Source: Octopus vulgaris
Lineage: Eukaryota
Direction of reading: 5' to 3'
DNA: 64,000 nucleotides
NCBI GenBank assembly: GCA_951406725.2
Contig: OX597825.1
Span: forward strand, 15,810,001-15,874,000
In this document: positions 39,608 through 52,326 of the stretch, in pieces
Position numbering within the stretch: the stretch's first letter is position 1
Layout: each line of letters begins with the position of its first letter
Position numbers and translations under genes: made by a program
Notes under the pieces: generated by a model
What the model was told of the DNA's origin: nothing
Databases searched by the model: none
What the model saw: the letters and a program-made list of their open reading frames with translations, nothing else

Positions 39608-42600
39608 GTGTATACATACATACATAAATACATGCATACATACATACATGCATACATGCATACATACATACATAAATACATACATGCATGCATGCATACA
39701 TACATACATGCATACATACATACATACATACATACATACATACATACATACATGCATACATACATACATACATACATACATACATACATACATACATACA
39801 TACATACATAGGCGCAGGCATAGGTGTATGGTAAGATGCTTGCTTGCCAACTACTTGGATCCGGGTTCAGTCCTATTGCGTACACTTTATCTTCTACTAT
39901 AGCCTCGGACCGACCATAGCTTTGTGAGTGGGTTTTGTTGATGGAAATTGAAAGAATGCCTGTCTTTTGTGTGTTTGGGAGGGGGCGAGAGTGTTTGTGT
40001 GTGTATTTGTGTTTGTCCCCCACCACCACCCCTTGACAACCGGTGCTTGTGTCTTTACGTTCCCATAACTTAGCAGTTCAGTAAAGAGACTGATAGAATA
40101 AGTACTAGGCTTTAAAAAATTAAGCTGTGGGGAGGTCGATCCATTCGACAAAACAAAAATTCAAGGTGGTGCCCCAGCATGGCCGCAGTCTAATGACTGA
40201 AACAAGTAATAAATAAAAGATCGCGCGCAGACACACACACACACAAATACATACATACGTACATACATACATACACACACACACACAAATACATATATAC
40301 ATACATACATACATACATACATACAAACATACATATGCACTCACAGACAGATTCTTATATAACCGCAAAACGTGGTGGTCACAGTTGGAATGCCTTTGAT
40401 CACTTGTTATTGGAAGACGTTAACGAAATGTTCGAACAGGATTAAAAACCGGTGAACCACGAGTAAATGTAGAGCGGTGAACTAAATGCGAATGTTTCGG
40501 TATGAAATTCCGTCCAGGTCAACTTTATCTGTCATGCTTCCAGAATCGAGCGATCCGTCGGTATAGGTACCGGAAGTGGCTTTGTTTACATTCCTGAAGG
40601 AAACAAAAACCCTTTTCTCCCACCCCTAACTCTAACCCTAACCCCCGATATATATATAAAAAAAAACACTGGCGTAACTTCGGTATACGTACCGGAAGTA
40701 CCGGATACATTTCAAGAAAGGTCTTTTTTTTTATATATATATGGGGTTAGGGTTAGGGTTAGGGGTCGGAGAAAAGGGTTTCTGTTATCTTCAGAAATGT
40801 AAACAAAGCCACTTCCGGTACTTACAGGACGTATACCGAAGTTACGCCATGTTTTAATATTTGTTTTGTTCTTTTTTAGAAGACGTCCGAGAATTAAACA
40901 AAATTATATTCAAAAGAATTTCAAATTTTTGATAACTATAAATAAAGATTATTTTAAATCCAATTATAATTTTTCTTAATTGGTAGTTTACAAACCGACG
41001 TTATATAAGCCTTAGTTTCGTAGTATTACAAAGTACGCGGTGTTATTGCTTAGTTACTGCTTTCATAATGTACTCGAGTGAACGCTTTGAGTAGCCAACA
41101 ACTAAAAACAGTAGTTTAGCCTATATTTTACCAGATATGAGGTTTTTGTTATACTGTCAGACGTTACAAAAGACGAAAGTAAGTCATGAGTACATTTATA
41201 TCCTTTTTATTTAATAATTATAGCCTAAATATTCCATGTAATTAATATATTTATTAAATATAATTGCATCATGTGTTGGGGTGAAGGGAGATAACTCTAA
41301 TGTAACTTTACCAACTTAGCTTTTTTCTGCAATGCAAAACTTTCACTAATTGGTTTCTATGAAATCCTGTTTCTCGCTCTTTAAACAAATTAAAGACAAA
41401 TTGCGGCTTCGTGGGGCTTTCTGAATGGCACACCTACAAGAAAAATTATCTTTTCTTTTTTTTTTTTGTTTCTTGCCTTTAATGCAGCCCTTTTGGTGAT
41501 GAATTATGTCTCATGAGGCCCGCTTTCCAAAAAGGTTACCCATGCCTTTTTATAAGTGATTTCATCTTCATATCTGGCCGTGCTTCTACAACATGTTTGT
41601 GCGTATATATATATATATTACGCCGAGGTCGTCTTTACCTTTCATCCATTCGAGGTCGATATATTAGTACCAGTTACGCACTGGGGTCAATATAATCGAC
41701 TTAATCCCTTTGTCTGTCCTTGTTTATCCCCTCTATGTTTAGCCCCTTCTGGGCAGTATAGAAATAGTATATATATTGCATGCATGTATATATATAGATA
41801 TAGATTCGCGCACTAATTAGTGCGTCAAACTCATTACCACACAATGAATTAAAATTCATATTTACATATACTAATTTTAATTCATTCATATATATCTAAT
41901 TCATTTATAGGTGTTACTTTCCTCTCTCTTTCTTAAATGTATTTTTTTGAATAAATATTTCCGGCTTTTCTTTATTTTCTATCGTTATGTATAACAACTA
42001 TTTCATCTATCTCAAGATGAAATAGCACTACCTGTAATATACTCGGGCTGATTCAGTTGACTTTAACCTCGTGCCGTATATATAAAATAAAAAATAAATA
42101 ACCTTGTGTTTTAGCAAAGGTGATTGATATCCGTGTTCTCTGTTTCGATTATGAAAGAAATTAGGATTACACAGAATAGAACAGCTTTTTCACTTAAATA
42201 ATTTAATGCAATGTATCAGGACATGTGTAGATATTCTTAATAAGTTATTGTGGCGTGTTTTTTCTACTTTCTTGTTTGTTTTGAGTAGCCCCAGCTAGTT
42301 GTTTTTGAGCAAGAGCCAATTAACCGTACGATGTTCCTAATTAACTTTAATAATTCTATCTTTATTGTTGGACAAGCAGTTCCTAATTTTAAGGACAGAA
42401 GTGAGTTTGTTGTAGATTATTAAGCTATTACACTGGATAATCTATATCAGCGATTCCCAACCTGTGGTCCGCAAAGGTAGTACTGGGGGTCCGTTTGAAT
42501 TTAGTTTACGGACCTCCAGTACTACCTTTGCAGACCACAGGTTGGGAATCGCTGATATAGATTATTCAATGTAATAGCTTAATAATCTACAATATATATA

Positions 42601-43475
42601 TATATATATATACACACATGCACACATAACGATAAGCATATTAAAGGGAGGGGGGCGTGGAAAATCTCATTTAAATAAAAGTAGTCATTGATAGTGAAAA
42701 GGTTGGGAACCACTGATTTTATATCATAGGAGCACCTTAGCTTGATCGGTTCACTAAATAAATAAGAGACTTGAGTGAAACTTAGCTGCTCCTTTGAGTC
42801 AAAGTTCTTCCGTGTATATTCATCTATTCAAGTTTACAGATTTAACCGATATCTTGCTTATTTTATACTTTCATCAGATCGATCGTTTATAAGGCCTTCT
42901 TTTTTGTTACCTATCACCTTTAACAATTAATTACGTAATTGACATTATTGTGCGTAGGCGAAAGGACTTGTAACGTGCTTAGCTTTCCAAATGTATTTAG
43001 TAACTTAAGTGATTTTCGCTCATTAAACGCCAATAATTAAAATAGTTATGAATAATCACAACTCGAATTATGAATGCATACAACAACAGCAGTAACAAAA
43101 AACACTGATTAATTCGATGTAAGCTGTCGACAAATTGTCCTCCTTGTGTGTTAGATAAGATCAAAACGGCAAATGAGCGCCACAAAATTTTCTTCTCGTT
43201 AATTTAGTTTACTTTCTGTAAGGAATTCATTTAACCCTGCTATTACCAGACATTTAGTTACCAACAAGGAAAATGTAACGAAATATCATGATGCGTAATA
43301 TCACTTGTTGGAAATCAATTATTATTTAACTGCGCGGTCACACCCAATATGCGGGAAAAAAAAAGTCACCAGTTTACGAACATAAATGCAGATAACAGTG
43401 TTAAGAAACACCTCAGATCTCTTGATCACTTTACGTAACCTTATTTTAAAACTAACTATCTATCTACATATCTAC

Positions 43476-43534
<59 letters not shown>

Positions 43535-44404
43535 CCTATCTATTAATCTATCTATCTATCTATCTACCTATCTATTAATCTATCTATCTATCTTTCTATC
43601 TATCTAGCTATCTCACACATGCTTGAAAGACTTTCACATTTTTAGCCTCGCTGCATAAAGTAAACAAAATGGTGACGCTACAGATTCTTTTCGTTTTGTT
43701 TTTCTCTCTTTGGTCAAGACAAGGAGGATCCCTATAAGTAGTTTCCAATCCTTTTAGAGCTTCGTCAAAGGCATAATCCCTATGTTTTGAAGATAGTTAA
43801 GTAATAGCTTATTACCATATCATCGTCAACGGCCGTTTTCCGTGCTGGCATGGGTTGGACAGTTCGACAAAAGCTTTCAAGGATGCTTTATGTTGTGTCT
43901 CTAATTTAACTGTTAAGCTGATAGAATACTTAAGCAACATGGATTAGCAACCATTATCCCTGCTTATGCACCTCAACCAGGGCTACCTGATCAACAGAAA
44001 AACCGATTTTATGATACCCTCTTGCAGACTACCTCGTCAACAAATGACAAGGACCTTCTCTTTGTGGCTGGCGACTTTAGTGGGCACGTTGGACAACATG
44101 CAGGATGCAGGGGGCTTCCATGGCGTACGTGGTGGCCATGGTTTTGGTTCCTGCAATGAGGAGGGAACCAAGCTGCTAGAGTTCTGTGATGCAAATGATC
44201 TTATGGTCTGTATTACTATCTTCAGGAAACCTGCCAGTCACCTGTTCACCTACCATTCTGGTGGACACACTAGTTAGATTGACTACATTCTTGCCAGGAA
44301 ACGAGCAAGATGGCCACTTATAAATGCCAAAACCTTCCCAGGTGAAGAATGCACCCCACAACATAGGTTAATAATTAGTGACTTCAGGACCAAGGCTAAA
44401 TAGA
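39507..44404 (+). repeat. Segment copy 2 (duplicate of about 32242-38181), continuing into the SCO1 locus
   Basis: Same order of elements as copy 1. Nearly identical at the right end and more divergent at the left. Confidence 0.95.
43620..43671 (+). promoter_or_regulatory. SCO1: Candidate SCO1 first exon ending in the start codon (AAACAAAATG|gtgacg); duplicate ATG at 37455-37457
   Basis: A-rich Kozak-like context in unique sequence. A phase-0 donor after ATG joins the 47569 exon in frame (M-CYRPLQ...). The donor is suboptimal and the call is inferential. Confidence 0.4.
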
Positions 44405-47175
44405 TGACCAGCATGGAAAAGAAGGGTCTGGAAGCTTAAGGATCCAGAGATTAAGAGACATATTACTCAAAGCTTTTGACGGAAAAGAGGAGGATATAGC
44501 ATCACATAATGCGGAAGACAACTGGAGGTTCCTACAGGACAACCTGTTGAGGGTTACTGAACAGATCTGTGGCTAGTGCAAAGTCCCCTCTCGACCTAAG
44601 GTAACATAGTGGTGGAACAATGTAGTTGACAGGGCCATTAGGGAAAAGAAACAGGTGTGGGAGGACTGGAAGAATGGTGGTAGCTGGGAACTGTACCTGA
44701 TCTCCAGAAGGGAAGCTAGGAGACAGGTGTACTTAGCCAGTGGGGAAGCAGAAAAGAAAAATTTGCCAATGTTCTGTGTCATAAGGACCAAAGACTTGAA
44801 GTGTTTCATGTTGCAAGACAGTGTGTGAGAGAGAATCATGATGTCATAGGAAAGAAATGTGTCTGCATGGGTGATAGCTCACTTGCATTTAATGAGGCTG
44901 CAAAGGGAGAGACTTGGAGATGCCAGTATGAAAGGTTGTAAATGAAAAGAATGAATGGGAGAAAGAGAGTCTGCCAAATGTCGACCCAGCAGAGGGTCCA
45001 GCTATCCAAATTGACAGTAGCTTGGTAGATAAAGCAATTAAGGGTATGAAGATGGGGAAAGCCCCTGGCCCATCAGTAATCACCGCAGAGATGCTTAAAA
45101 TATCTGGCAGTGTGAGCTATAGTCTGGTCACCTGCATAGTCAATCAGGTGATACATGGAGTCATACCCAATGCCTGGTGTAGCAGCACCATAGTCAACTG
45201 CTACAAAGGTAAAGGTGATGCATTAGATATGAATAATTACAGAGGTATCAAATTGTTGGATAAGGTGATGAAAGTCACAGAGAGGGCCATAGCCCAACTA
45301 ATTAGGGAGACAGTTTAGACGAGAAACACTACTGATGTTATATTTCTGGTAAGACAGTTGCAGGAGAAATACCTAGCCAAAGATAAACCTCTGTACTTGG
45401 CTTTTGTTGACATGGAGAAAGCTTTTGACAGGGTCCCCCAATCCCTTATCTGGTGGTCAATGCAGAAAATAGGGATAGATGAGTGGTCAGTGAGAGCTGT
45501 ACAAGCCATGTACAGGGATGCTGTCAATAAGGTGAGGGTTGACAACAAGTATAGTGAAGAATTCCAGGTAGAAGTAGGGGTCCACCAAGGATCAGTCCTC
45601 ATCCCCCTCTTATTCATCATGGTCCTCCAGGCAATAACAGGAATTCAAGACAGGCTGCCCATGGGAGCTCCTCTATGCTGATGACCTTGTTCTAATAGCT
45701 GAATCACTATCAGAACTAGAGAAGTTTCTGGTGTGGAAACAAGGTCTAGAATTGAAGGGCCTTAGAGTCAATCTAGCAAAAACCATAGTTTTAGTAAGTA
45801 GGAAGGCAAACAAATCACAAATCCCTTCAGGTAGATGGCCTTGCTCGATCTGTAGAAAAGGCGTAGGTAGAAATTCCGTAAGATGTACCTGGTGTAGGCT
45901 ATCGACACATAAGAGGTGCAACAATATCAAAGGAAGGCTAACTGAGAAGATAGTTTTTGTGTGGCTAAAAACCAGTAGTTGATAGCTTCTGTTACCTAGG
46001 TGACCAAGTCAGTAGTGGGGGTAGATGCTCTGAGAGCGTAGCTGCTAGAATAAGGATAGCCTGGGCAAAGTTCAGAGAGCTCCTACCTCTGCTGGTAACA
46101 AAGGGCCTCTTGCTGAGAGTGAAAGGTAGACTGTATGACATGGAGAAAGCGTTTGACAGGGTCCCCCAATCCCTTATCTGGTGGTCAATGCAGAAAATAG
46201 GGATAGATGTAGCGGCGAGCTGGCAGAAACGTTAGCACGCCGGGCGAAATGCCTAGCGGTATTTCGTCTGCGTTACGTTGTGAGTTCAAATTCCGCTGAG
46301 GTCGACTTTGCCTTTCATCCTTTCGGGGTCGATAAATTAAGTACCAGTTACGCACTGGGGTCGATGTAATCGACTTAATACCTATGTATGTCCTTGTTTG
46401 TCCCCTCTGTGTTTAGCCCCTTGTGGGTAATAAAGAAATATGTATGACATGCATGTAAACAGCCATGCTACATGGCAGTGAAACATGGGCTGTGACTGCT
46501 GAGGACATGAAAAGAAGCTAGTATGCTGCGTTGGATGTGTAATGCCTGTGCATACACGACAGTGTAAGTGCCCTGACAGAAAAGATGGACATAAGAAGCA
46601 TCAGATGTGGTATGCAAGAGAGATGACTGTGCTGGTATGGTCATGTGTTGCATATGGATGAGGACAGTTGTGTGGAAAAGTGTCACACCCCAATAGTGGA
46701 GAGAACCTGTGGAAGAGGTAGACCCGAGGTGGTGAAGCATAACCTTTGGAGATATACTGTGCTTGAGAAGACCCAGCAAGCCAAGTAAGGTTGTGGCCTA
46801 TGCCAATGTCACATAACCAGCCCATTTAAGCAATATGCTCTGCTTGAGAAGACCTGTTGAGTCAAGTGAAATCAATGTTGTGGCATAGTCATTGCCAGTG
46901 CTGCCTGACTGACTCCCATGCTTGTAGCACATAAAAAGCACCATTCAAGCATGGTTGATGCCAGTGCAGCCTCACTGGCCCCATGCCGGTGGCACATAAA
47001 AAGCACCCACTACACTCTAGGAGTGGTTGCTGTTAGGAAGGGCATCCAGCTGTAGAAACCTTGCCAGATCAGATTGGAGCCTCGTGCAGCCTTCCAACTT
47101 GCTAGTCCTCAAACAAACCATCCAACCCATGCCAGCATGGAAAGCAGGCATCAAACGACGATGATGATGATGAGG
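43935..47175 (+). mobile_element. Degenerate RTE-clade LINE (APE endonuclease, RT, 3' UTR, (GAT)n tail); 5' part duplicated at 37725-38181
   Basis: AYAPQ, AGDFSGHVG, GFG.CNEEG.KLLEFC, QIDYIL, KAPGP, NYRGIKLL, YLAFVDMEKAFDRVP, GVHQGS, LLYADDLVL, YLG and RGRP motifs. Confidence 0.95.
46211..46440 (+). mobile_element. Young family B SINE inserted in the RTE
   Basis: Near-consensus with CpGs intact. TGTATGACATG is duplicated at 46132-46142 and 46441-46451. Confidence 0.92.
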
Positions 47176-47568
47176 AGGAGGACTAAATACTTGGGTCAAT
47201 GTGATCAACTGAACTTGTGAAGGCAGAACTCTAGCATGGCCTCGGTTCAATAACTGAAGCTAATAAAAGGATAATAATATCCTAGAAGTTGAGTCAGTTG
47301 ACTTTACATGTCCCCTTTATAAAACTGAACCCCTAACTAAAGAAACCCTGACCCAAAGGCTTTGGAACAGGGAGTACAAGAGGTGCAAAGGCACCCACTA
47401 AAATTTTGTGGGATAAGGGGGCCATTAAAAACACTCTGAACTTCCTCAGTTGGAGCTAGGCTTGCATTCCCTGAGCAAATTTCATTTCTGCACTTGGGCC
47501 CTAACTAGGTGTTTTGTGTTTCATCTTGTATTATATGTCATCTTACTTCATTCTTTTTATCATTGCAG

Positions 47569-47700
47569 TGTTACAGACCACTACAGATATTTGGTATTTC
47601 ACATGGCCATTTATCGGTGAAACCATTTCTTCTCCCTCCTAATTGTCAATCGTTTTCCTGTCTCAGACCAAAATTCTATCATAAAAATCAAAGACTACTG
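47569..47700 (+). CDS. SCO1: SCO1 exon (mitochondrial presequence region)
   Basis: Polypyrimidine tract plus TTGCAG acceptor and GTAAGC donor, 132 nt, phase 0/0. Encodes CYRPLQIFGISHGHLSVKPFLLPPNCQSFSCLRPKFYHKNQRLL: basic, with no acidic residues. Confidence 0.7.
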
Positions 47701-48284
47701 GTAAGCTATTTTCACTTCACCTTTTCAAAACAGATTTTGACTTTTGGCATAGCTTTGTAGTTAAAATGCTTTGGTTGATGGAAACTGAAAGAAGCCCGTC
47801 ATATATATTTATGTATATGTTTGTCCCCCTACCCACCATCACTTGACAACCGATGTTGGTATGTCTACATCCCTATAACTTAGCGGTTCAGCAAAATAGA
47901 CTAATAGGATTAAGTACTAGGCTTACAAAGAAGAATAAGTTCTGGGGTTAATTTGTTCAACTAAAGGCCGTGCTCCAGCATGGCCGCAGTCAAATGACTG
48001 AAGCAAATAAAAGTGTAATAGAGTTTACCCCCCTCTCTCTCTTTCGGAGAGGCACTGAGCAGCTATACGCACACATACACACACGGCAGTAACTTCCACC
48101 TGCCGAATTCAATCACAAAGCTCCGGTCGGCTCGGGGCTATAGTGGAAGACTCCTACTCAAAGTGCCACGCAGTGGGACTGAACTCGAAACCATGTAGCT
48201 AGGAAGCAAGCTCCCTAAACACACAGCCATGCCTGTGCCTATTTTGAATTAATTTCTATAAAAAAGTTGCTGACACTACTTAGT

Positions 48285-48590
48285 TCATCCATTTGTCTGT
48301 CCTTGTTTAGCCCCTTATTAGCAGTAAAGAAATAGGTATTTCGTCTGCCGTTATGTTCTGAGTTTAAATTCCGCCGAGGTTGACTTTGCCTTTCATCCTT
48401 TTGGGGTGGGGGGGTCGATAAATTAAGTACCAATTATGCACTGGGGTCGATGTAATCGACTTAATCCCTTTGTCCTTGTTTGTCCCCTCTGTGTTTAGCC
48501 CCTTGTGGGGTAGTAAAGAAATAGTAATCAACATGCATACACCCTCCCCCACAATTGCTGGCCTTGTGCCAAAATTTAAAACCAATGTCT
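48285..48590 (+). mobile_element. Family B SINE multimer fragment
   Basis: Contains the AAGAAATAGGTATTTCGTC junction. Confidence 0.85.
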
Positions 48591-48740
48591 AATTCATCCG
48601 CAGGTATTGATTCACGCAGCCTGTCATATCTGAACCATTCATGAGAAGGTGTTGTAACTTGATGCAGTTGTACCATCAGTAATATTGGACTTTGCTGTAT
48701 TTCAATGATGTGATATATTATCCTATTGTTCTATTCACAG

Positions 48741-48815
48741 ATCCAGCCACCAATCACTTACAACAACAGTCTATCCCACTTGAGGCATTTTTCAAAAGGA
48801 GACTCCTACAACAGT
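48741..48815 (+). CDS. SCO1: SCO1 exon (presequence/matrix segment)
   Basis: TTCACAG acceptor and GTACGT donor, 75 nt, phase 0/0. Encodes IQPPITYNNSLSHLRHFSKGDSYNS, with an R-x-F-S cleavage-like motif. In frame with the next exon. Confidence 0.72.
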
Positions 48816-49059
48816 GTACGTATGCTTCCTATAACTTAAATTTTTCTCTTCCTCCTATTTTAAACATTTACTCTCTATGTGTTCCAGTCTTTTACGAATG
48901 AAAACTTTGGCAGTCATATATAATTAGTTTTAACAAGGCAATACCACTCTGTCTAATTTCTCACCCTCTCTTTCTAGTTTCCTATTATACTATATATTAT
49001 ACATGCCGTCCAACCCATGCTAGCATGGAAAGCGGACGTTAAACGATGATGATGATGAT

Positions 49060-49125
49060 GATTATATATATATATATATATTATATATACTATATATTAT
49101 ATATATAATATATATATATATATAT

Positions 49126-49167
<42 letters not shown>

Positions 49168-49287
49168 TATATATTATATATATACTATATATTATATATA
49201 TAATATATATATATATTATATATATACTATAATATATATATATATTATATATATATACTATATATTATATATATTATACTATATATA
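49060..49287. repeat. AT-rich degenerate (TA)n repeat
   Basis: Direct reading of the sequence. Confidence 0.95.
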
Positions 49288-50596
49288 CATAGTAATTTGG
49301 ACTATTTGTGAACTAAACCAAACAAAATAAATGGATTGACTGTTGTGTGTTCAAACCCTTACCACAGCTCCAGCTGATATGCTTTTGACCAAAGCTCTTA
49401 TATATCATCATCATTATTTAATGTCTGTTGTCCATGCTGGCATGGGTTGGATGGTTTGACCAGGGCTGGCAAGCTGGGGAGCTGCATCAAACTCCAGTGT
49501 CTTCTTTGGCCTGGTTTCTGTGGCTGGATGCCCTTCCTAATGTCAACCACTTTACAGAGAGTGCTGGGAGATTTTACATGGCACTACACAGATGCTTTAT
49601 CTATAAATATATGTGTGTGTGTGTGTGTGTTATATATATAGTCATAGAAACCAAGTGAAAACAGACAATGGAACCTGGTGTGGACTCTGTTCTTGCTAGT
49701 TCTTTTCAAGCCATCCAAACCCTGCCAACATGGAAAACGGACATTAAATGGTGTTGATGATGATGATGATTTACATACATACATGTGTTTGTGTGTGTGT
49801 GTGTGTGTGTGTGCACGTGTGTGTGTGTGTGTGTGCGCACGTGTGTGTGTGTTATGGAGATTAGTAATGTTCCTACTACCTCCAATGTATTCAGAGGAAG
49901 AAAAAGAGTGTGTGTGCATGAGAAAAAGTCAATGTAAATAAAAACCCTTTCACCTTTCTAGTTTAAATAATAATAAATGTGCCCTTTTAAAGCCTAGCCA
50001 GGCTCATAGGCCCAGTTTCCATGGTGTATGTGTTCCCCAGATGGACGGGATGCCAGTCCATCGCAGTGTTACTCATTTTTGCCAGCTGAGTGGACTGGGG
50101 CAACTTGAAATGAAATGTTTTGCTCAAGAACACAACACACTGCCTGAGCCAGGAATCGAAACCATAATCTTACGATCATGATGCTGACATCCTAACCTCT
50201 AAGCCACTTGCCTCCACCCTCTAGTTTAAAACTAAACCTTGATAGGAAATCTCTGTCTTAAGAGTGTCACAAACAGCTGAACATTCTGTATTTAAAAGGC
50301 TAATATAGCCTATTAAATCTGTCTTATAAATCACTTTTGTCATCCGAGCTACTTTCATTGCTGTTAGCTGTTTCTAGGTCATTGCTGCCTGTTTAGCACA
50401 TCACAGATTTATTTGCTTCAAGTTTCTCACTACAATTCTTAGTCAATGAGTGAATCCTAAGAAACAGTTTACAGTAGTGACTTTGTGCTGTATTAAATTT
50501 CTAAAAGAAAAACGTGTGTGTGTGTGTGCGTGCTCACTCGTGTGTAAATTACTATTGAGTATCCCATATCTTTTAGTAGGTACACTATATATTTGC

Positions 50597-50828
50597 AGGC
50601 GGCTAGCTGGCAGAAACGTTATCATGCTCGGCGAAATGCGTAGCCGTATTTCGTCTGCCGTTACGTTCTGAGTTCAAATTCCGCCGAGGTCGACTTTGCC
50701 TTTCATCCTTTCGGGGTCGATAAATTAAGTACCAGTTACGCACTGGTGTCGATATAATAGACTTAATCCATTTGTCTGTCCTTGTTTATCCCCTCTATGT
50801 TTAGCCCTTTGTGGGCAGTAAAGAAATA
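50597..50828 (+). mobile_element. Family B SINE
   Basis: Consensus match. TATATATTTGCA on both flanks. Confidence 0.92.
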
Positions 50829-50986
50829 TATATATTTGCATGTTTAAAAGGTTTGGTGCCAGGAAGGGAATCGGACTATAAAACCCTTCCTAGTAAATTC
50901 CCATACGACCTGTTAAGAAGACAATAACAATGATGATGGACATTATTTACATTCGACGGATATTTTTCCTCATCTTTTCTGTTGTT

Positions 50987-51032
50987 AACACAACGTTTCA
51001 GCTGATATACCCTCCAGCCTTCTTCAGGTGTC
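50987..51032 (-). ncRNA. Minimal type I hammerhead ribozyme motif
   Basis: GACAC-CTGAAGA-aGGCTG-loop-CAGCT-GAAA-CG-TT-GTGTT: intact core, palindromic ACGT stem III, stem I GACAC/GTGTT. Confidence 0.7.
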
Positions 51033-51081
51033 TTGGGGAAATTTCCTTAGGAATGAGAACCCAGGTTCGAAATTTCCCCAA

Positions 51082-51127
51082 GACACCTGAAGAAGGCTGG
51101 AGGGTATATCAGCTGAAATGTTGTGTT
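51082..51127 (+). ncRNA. Minimal type I hammerhead ribozyme motif (sense to SCO1)
   Basis: GACAC-CTGAAGA-aGGCTG-loop-CAGCT-GAAA-TG-TT-GTGTT. Stem III ACGT is mutated to ATGT. Confidence 0.62.
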
Positions 51128-51359
51128 AACAACAAACAAAATGAGGACAAATATCCGTCAAATGTAAATAATGTACATAATTCCTCATCTCTTAAATATA
51201 GATCAGAATAATGATGGATATGTATATATCTCTCCTGCTCTCTCTTGCTGTCTTCCACTCTCTCTCTCTCTCACACACTCTTGCTCTGGCTGGGTACCCA
51301 TATATCTCCTTTACAGCAGCACACCTGTTTCTGTCCTCATTCTTATTAACACACACACA

Positions 51360-51466
<107 letters not shown>

Positions 51467-51494
51467 TCACTAAGTCTCTGAAAAAACTTGCAAC

Positions 51495-52041
51495 ATTATG
51501 AAGACACATTAAACTCTGCTTGCAAAGACCTGTTGAGGCAAGTGAAATCAAAATCAAATTCGATGACTGGCATCCGTGTTAGTGGAGCGCTAAGAGCACC
51601 ATCCAAGCGTGATCATTGCCAGAGCAGCTAACTGGCTTCCGTGCCAGTGGCATGTAAAAAACACCATTCAAGCATGATCGTTACCTGCGTCGCCTTACTA
51701 GCATTTGTGCTGGTGGCACATGAAAAAACATTCGAGCGAGGTCGTTGCCAGTGCCTCTGGACTGGCTTCTGTGCAGGTGGCATGTAAAAAAAACACCATT
51801 TGAGCATGGCTGTTGCCAGTACCGCCTGACTGGCCCTCGTGCCGGTGGCACGTGAAAGCACCCACTACACTCTCGGAGTGGTTGGAGTTATGAAGGGCAT
51901 CCAGCTGTAGAAACTCTGCCAGATCAAGATTGAAGCCTGTGCAGCCATCTGGTTTGCCAGTCCTCAGTCAAACCATCCAACCCATGCCAGCATGGAAAGC
52001 GGACGTTAACGACGATCATGATGATGATGATGATGATGATG
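51495..52041 (+). mobile_element. RTE 3' UTR with internal GCCGGTGGCACGTAAAAAGCACC repeats
   Basis: Matches 61560-62047 and 46800-47175. Confidence 0.88.
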
Positions 52042-52235
52042 GTACATTTAACTGCAATTCAATTATAAAACTGCTTGATGAGTTTTTGTTACAAGACATT
52101 AAAACACTTGTGAAATCCAGAAGTTATTTTATTGGTTCTGGCCTTTTCCCTGTCATAAACAAATCACTTAGAACCAGATCAATTTTGCTGTATTAAGATA
52201 TTGATTTTTCTTTGGATGTATTTTCTATTTTTCAG

Positions 52236-52326
52236 CCAATATCATGGAGAACAGTGTTCATTACAGCTGCTATTGGTGGTGTATTTACGATGGCAATGTT
52301 CTATTTCAAACAAGCAAAAGAGCTAA
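52236..52326 (+). CDS. SCO1: SCO1 exon (transmembrane helix)
   Basis: TTTCAG acceptor and GTAAAT donor, 91 nt. Encodes PISWRTVFITAAIGGVFTMAMFYFKQAKEL, the SCO PVSW..TM segment. Confidence 0.93.

Larger units (their letters stand above)
50941..51206. mobile_element. Palindromic Penelope-derived mini-element with hammerhead motifs
   Basis: About 105-bp inverted arms. 12-bp TSD AAT(G/A)ATGATGGA at 50929-50940 and 51207-51218. Confidence 0.8.

Noticed and set aside
43669-43737. Short signal-peptide-like ORF MVTLQILFVLFFSLWSRQGGSL*
   Set aside because: Only 22 codons. More plausibly read-through from the candidate start codon into T-rich intron.
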